A stretch of 64,000 bases of DNA from Haliotis rufescens. Taxonomy: Eukaryota. The position numbers and the translations under genes are program-made. Of this stretch, positions 63,268-64,000 are shown piece after piece. Position 1 is the stretch's first letter; each line of letters starts with the position of its first letter. Location: positions 434,001 through 498,000 of the forward strand of contig NW_025964079.1 of assembly GCF_023055435.1 (NCBI RefSeq), in the 5' to 3' direction. The notes below the pieces were generated by a model. It did no database searches. It had not been told where the DNA came from and was given only the letters and a program-made list of their open reading frames with translations.

Positions 63268-64000
63268 CTAGAAACCCAAGTTCAAGCCGATGTATATCAG
63301 TGTTATTGGAATTCCCAAAAGTAAAGGGATACACAGCACCCAGAAGAAAAACAAATCCAGTGCTTTGCTCACTCGTTCCCATGTGACGGGCTGAGTAGCC
63401 TTAGCCTGAAGCTCTTGTAACTGTCCAGATTCCTCAATTGCAGGTTTGTCACGGTTTCCAAACCGGCCAAATGCATCGACCTTTTCGACCCAAATTGTGA
63501 ATCTTTGTAATGTTTTACGAATGGGTTTCGATTCACTCTGTCCACAGAACCGGACACTGAAGATGCTGACGATGACAAATACTGCAGACATTGTAAGTGT
63601 GAGTCCAAGGATGATGATGAAAGGCGATATACCCTGGGAGCTCTGGGGTATCATGTCTGTGAGAAAGCCCATGTAGACCCCATATGACAGAGGAATCGTT
63701 ATGGCCAAGGATATTTTTTCTCCTGAATCTGCAGGAATGAGAAACACAAACGTCCCCAGGACGGACAGGATCAACACAGGGAGGATGAAGTTGAAGACAA
63801 AATGCACAGAGCGTCTGTCAAGTGTAAGCGTAATAAGCACATGTGATATTGGCTTGTTGTCAAAGGTCTTTTCCTTGGCTGTGATTGATGTTGGTTTTAG
63901 CTTCCACTGACCGCCTATGTTTGAACTAGATGTTCCAGCTACTGACTGGCGGACTTTCAGGTCAACTTCTGACGTCGAATATGACCAGACGACAATCTCC
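63268..64000 (-). CDS. Atypical nAChR-like subunit, type B copy 4 (5' part beyond window)
   Basis: Co-linear with B2 up to the window edge; M1-M4 intact. Confidence 0.93.
   Translation of the reverse strand, partial: EIVVWSYSTSEVDLKVRQSVAGTSSSNIGGQWKLKPTSITAKEKTFDNKPISHVLITLTLDRRSVHFVFNFILPVLILSVLGTFVFLIPADSGEKISLAITIPLSYGVYMGFLTDMIPQSSQGISPFIIILGLTLTMSAVFVIVSIFSVRFCGQSESKPIRKTLQRFTIWVEKVDAFGRFGNRDKPAIEESGQLQELQAKATQPVTWERVSKALDLFFFWVLCIPLLLGIPITLIYIGLNLGF

Larger units (their letters stand above)
15000..64000 (-). repeat. Tandem segmental duplication array, ~10.5-14.5 kb unit (A gene + B gene), ~4.3 units in window
   Basis: A stop codons at 18638/30607/42556/53000 and B stop codons at 26397/37976/48772/63268; intergenic DNA is co-linear between units. 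Confidence 0.97.

Overview
Eukaryotic, AT-rich, repeat-rich invertebrate DNA. The SINE, Penelope and LINE content suggests a mollusc, possibly a gastropod; this is inference only. 1-5 kb holds the last three coding exons of a spliced cation-dependent mannose-6-phosphate-receptor/ATG27-like gene (+), which the ORF track misses. 5-15 kb holds two satellites (77-bp and 54-bp units), tRNA-derived SINEs, palindromic elements and Penelope fragments with a hammerhead ribozyme. From about 15 kb to the window end there is a tandem array of ~10.5-14.5 kb units. It carries eight (7 complete + 1 truncated) 409-aa Cys-loop/nicotinic-receptor-like genes, each with a single coding exon, all on the minus strand, strictly alternating between two paralogue types (A,B,A,B,A,B,A,B). 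The subunits keep the Cys-loop, loop B/D tryptophans and the cation-selective GEK motif. They have lost the loop C vicinal cysteines/tyrosines and the loop A tyrosine, and carry a proline at M2 8'. This layout parallels cephalopod chemotactile receptors and is a candidate heteromeric chemosensory channel system. A ~290-bp tract is homogenised between A and B, apparently by gene conversion. The array history (higher-order ~22-kb duplication, a crossover, LINE insertions with target-site duplications, an empty site, a nested LINE) can be read directly from the sequence.
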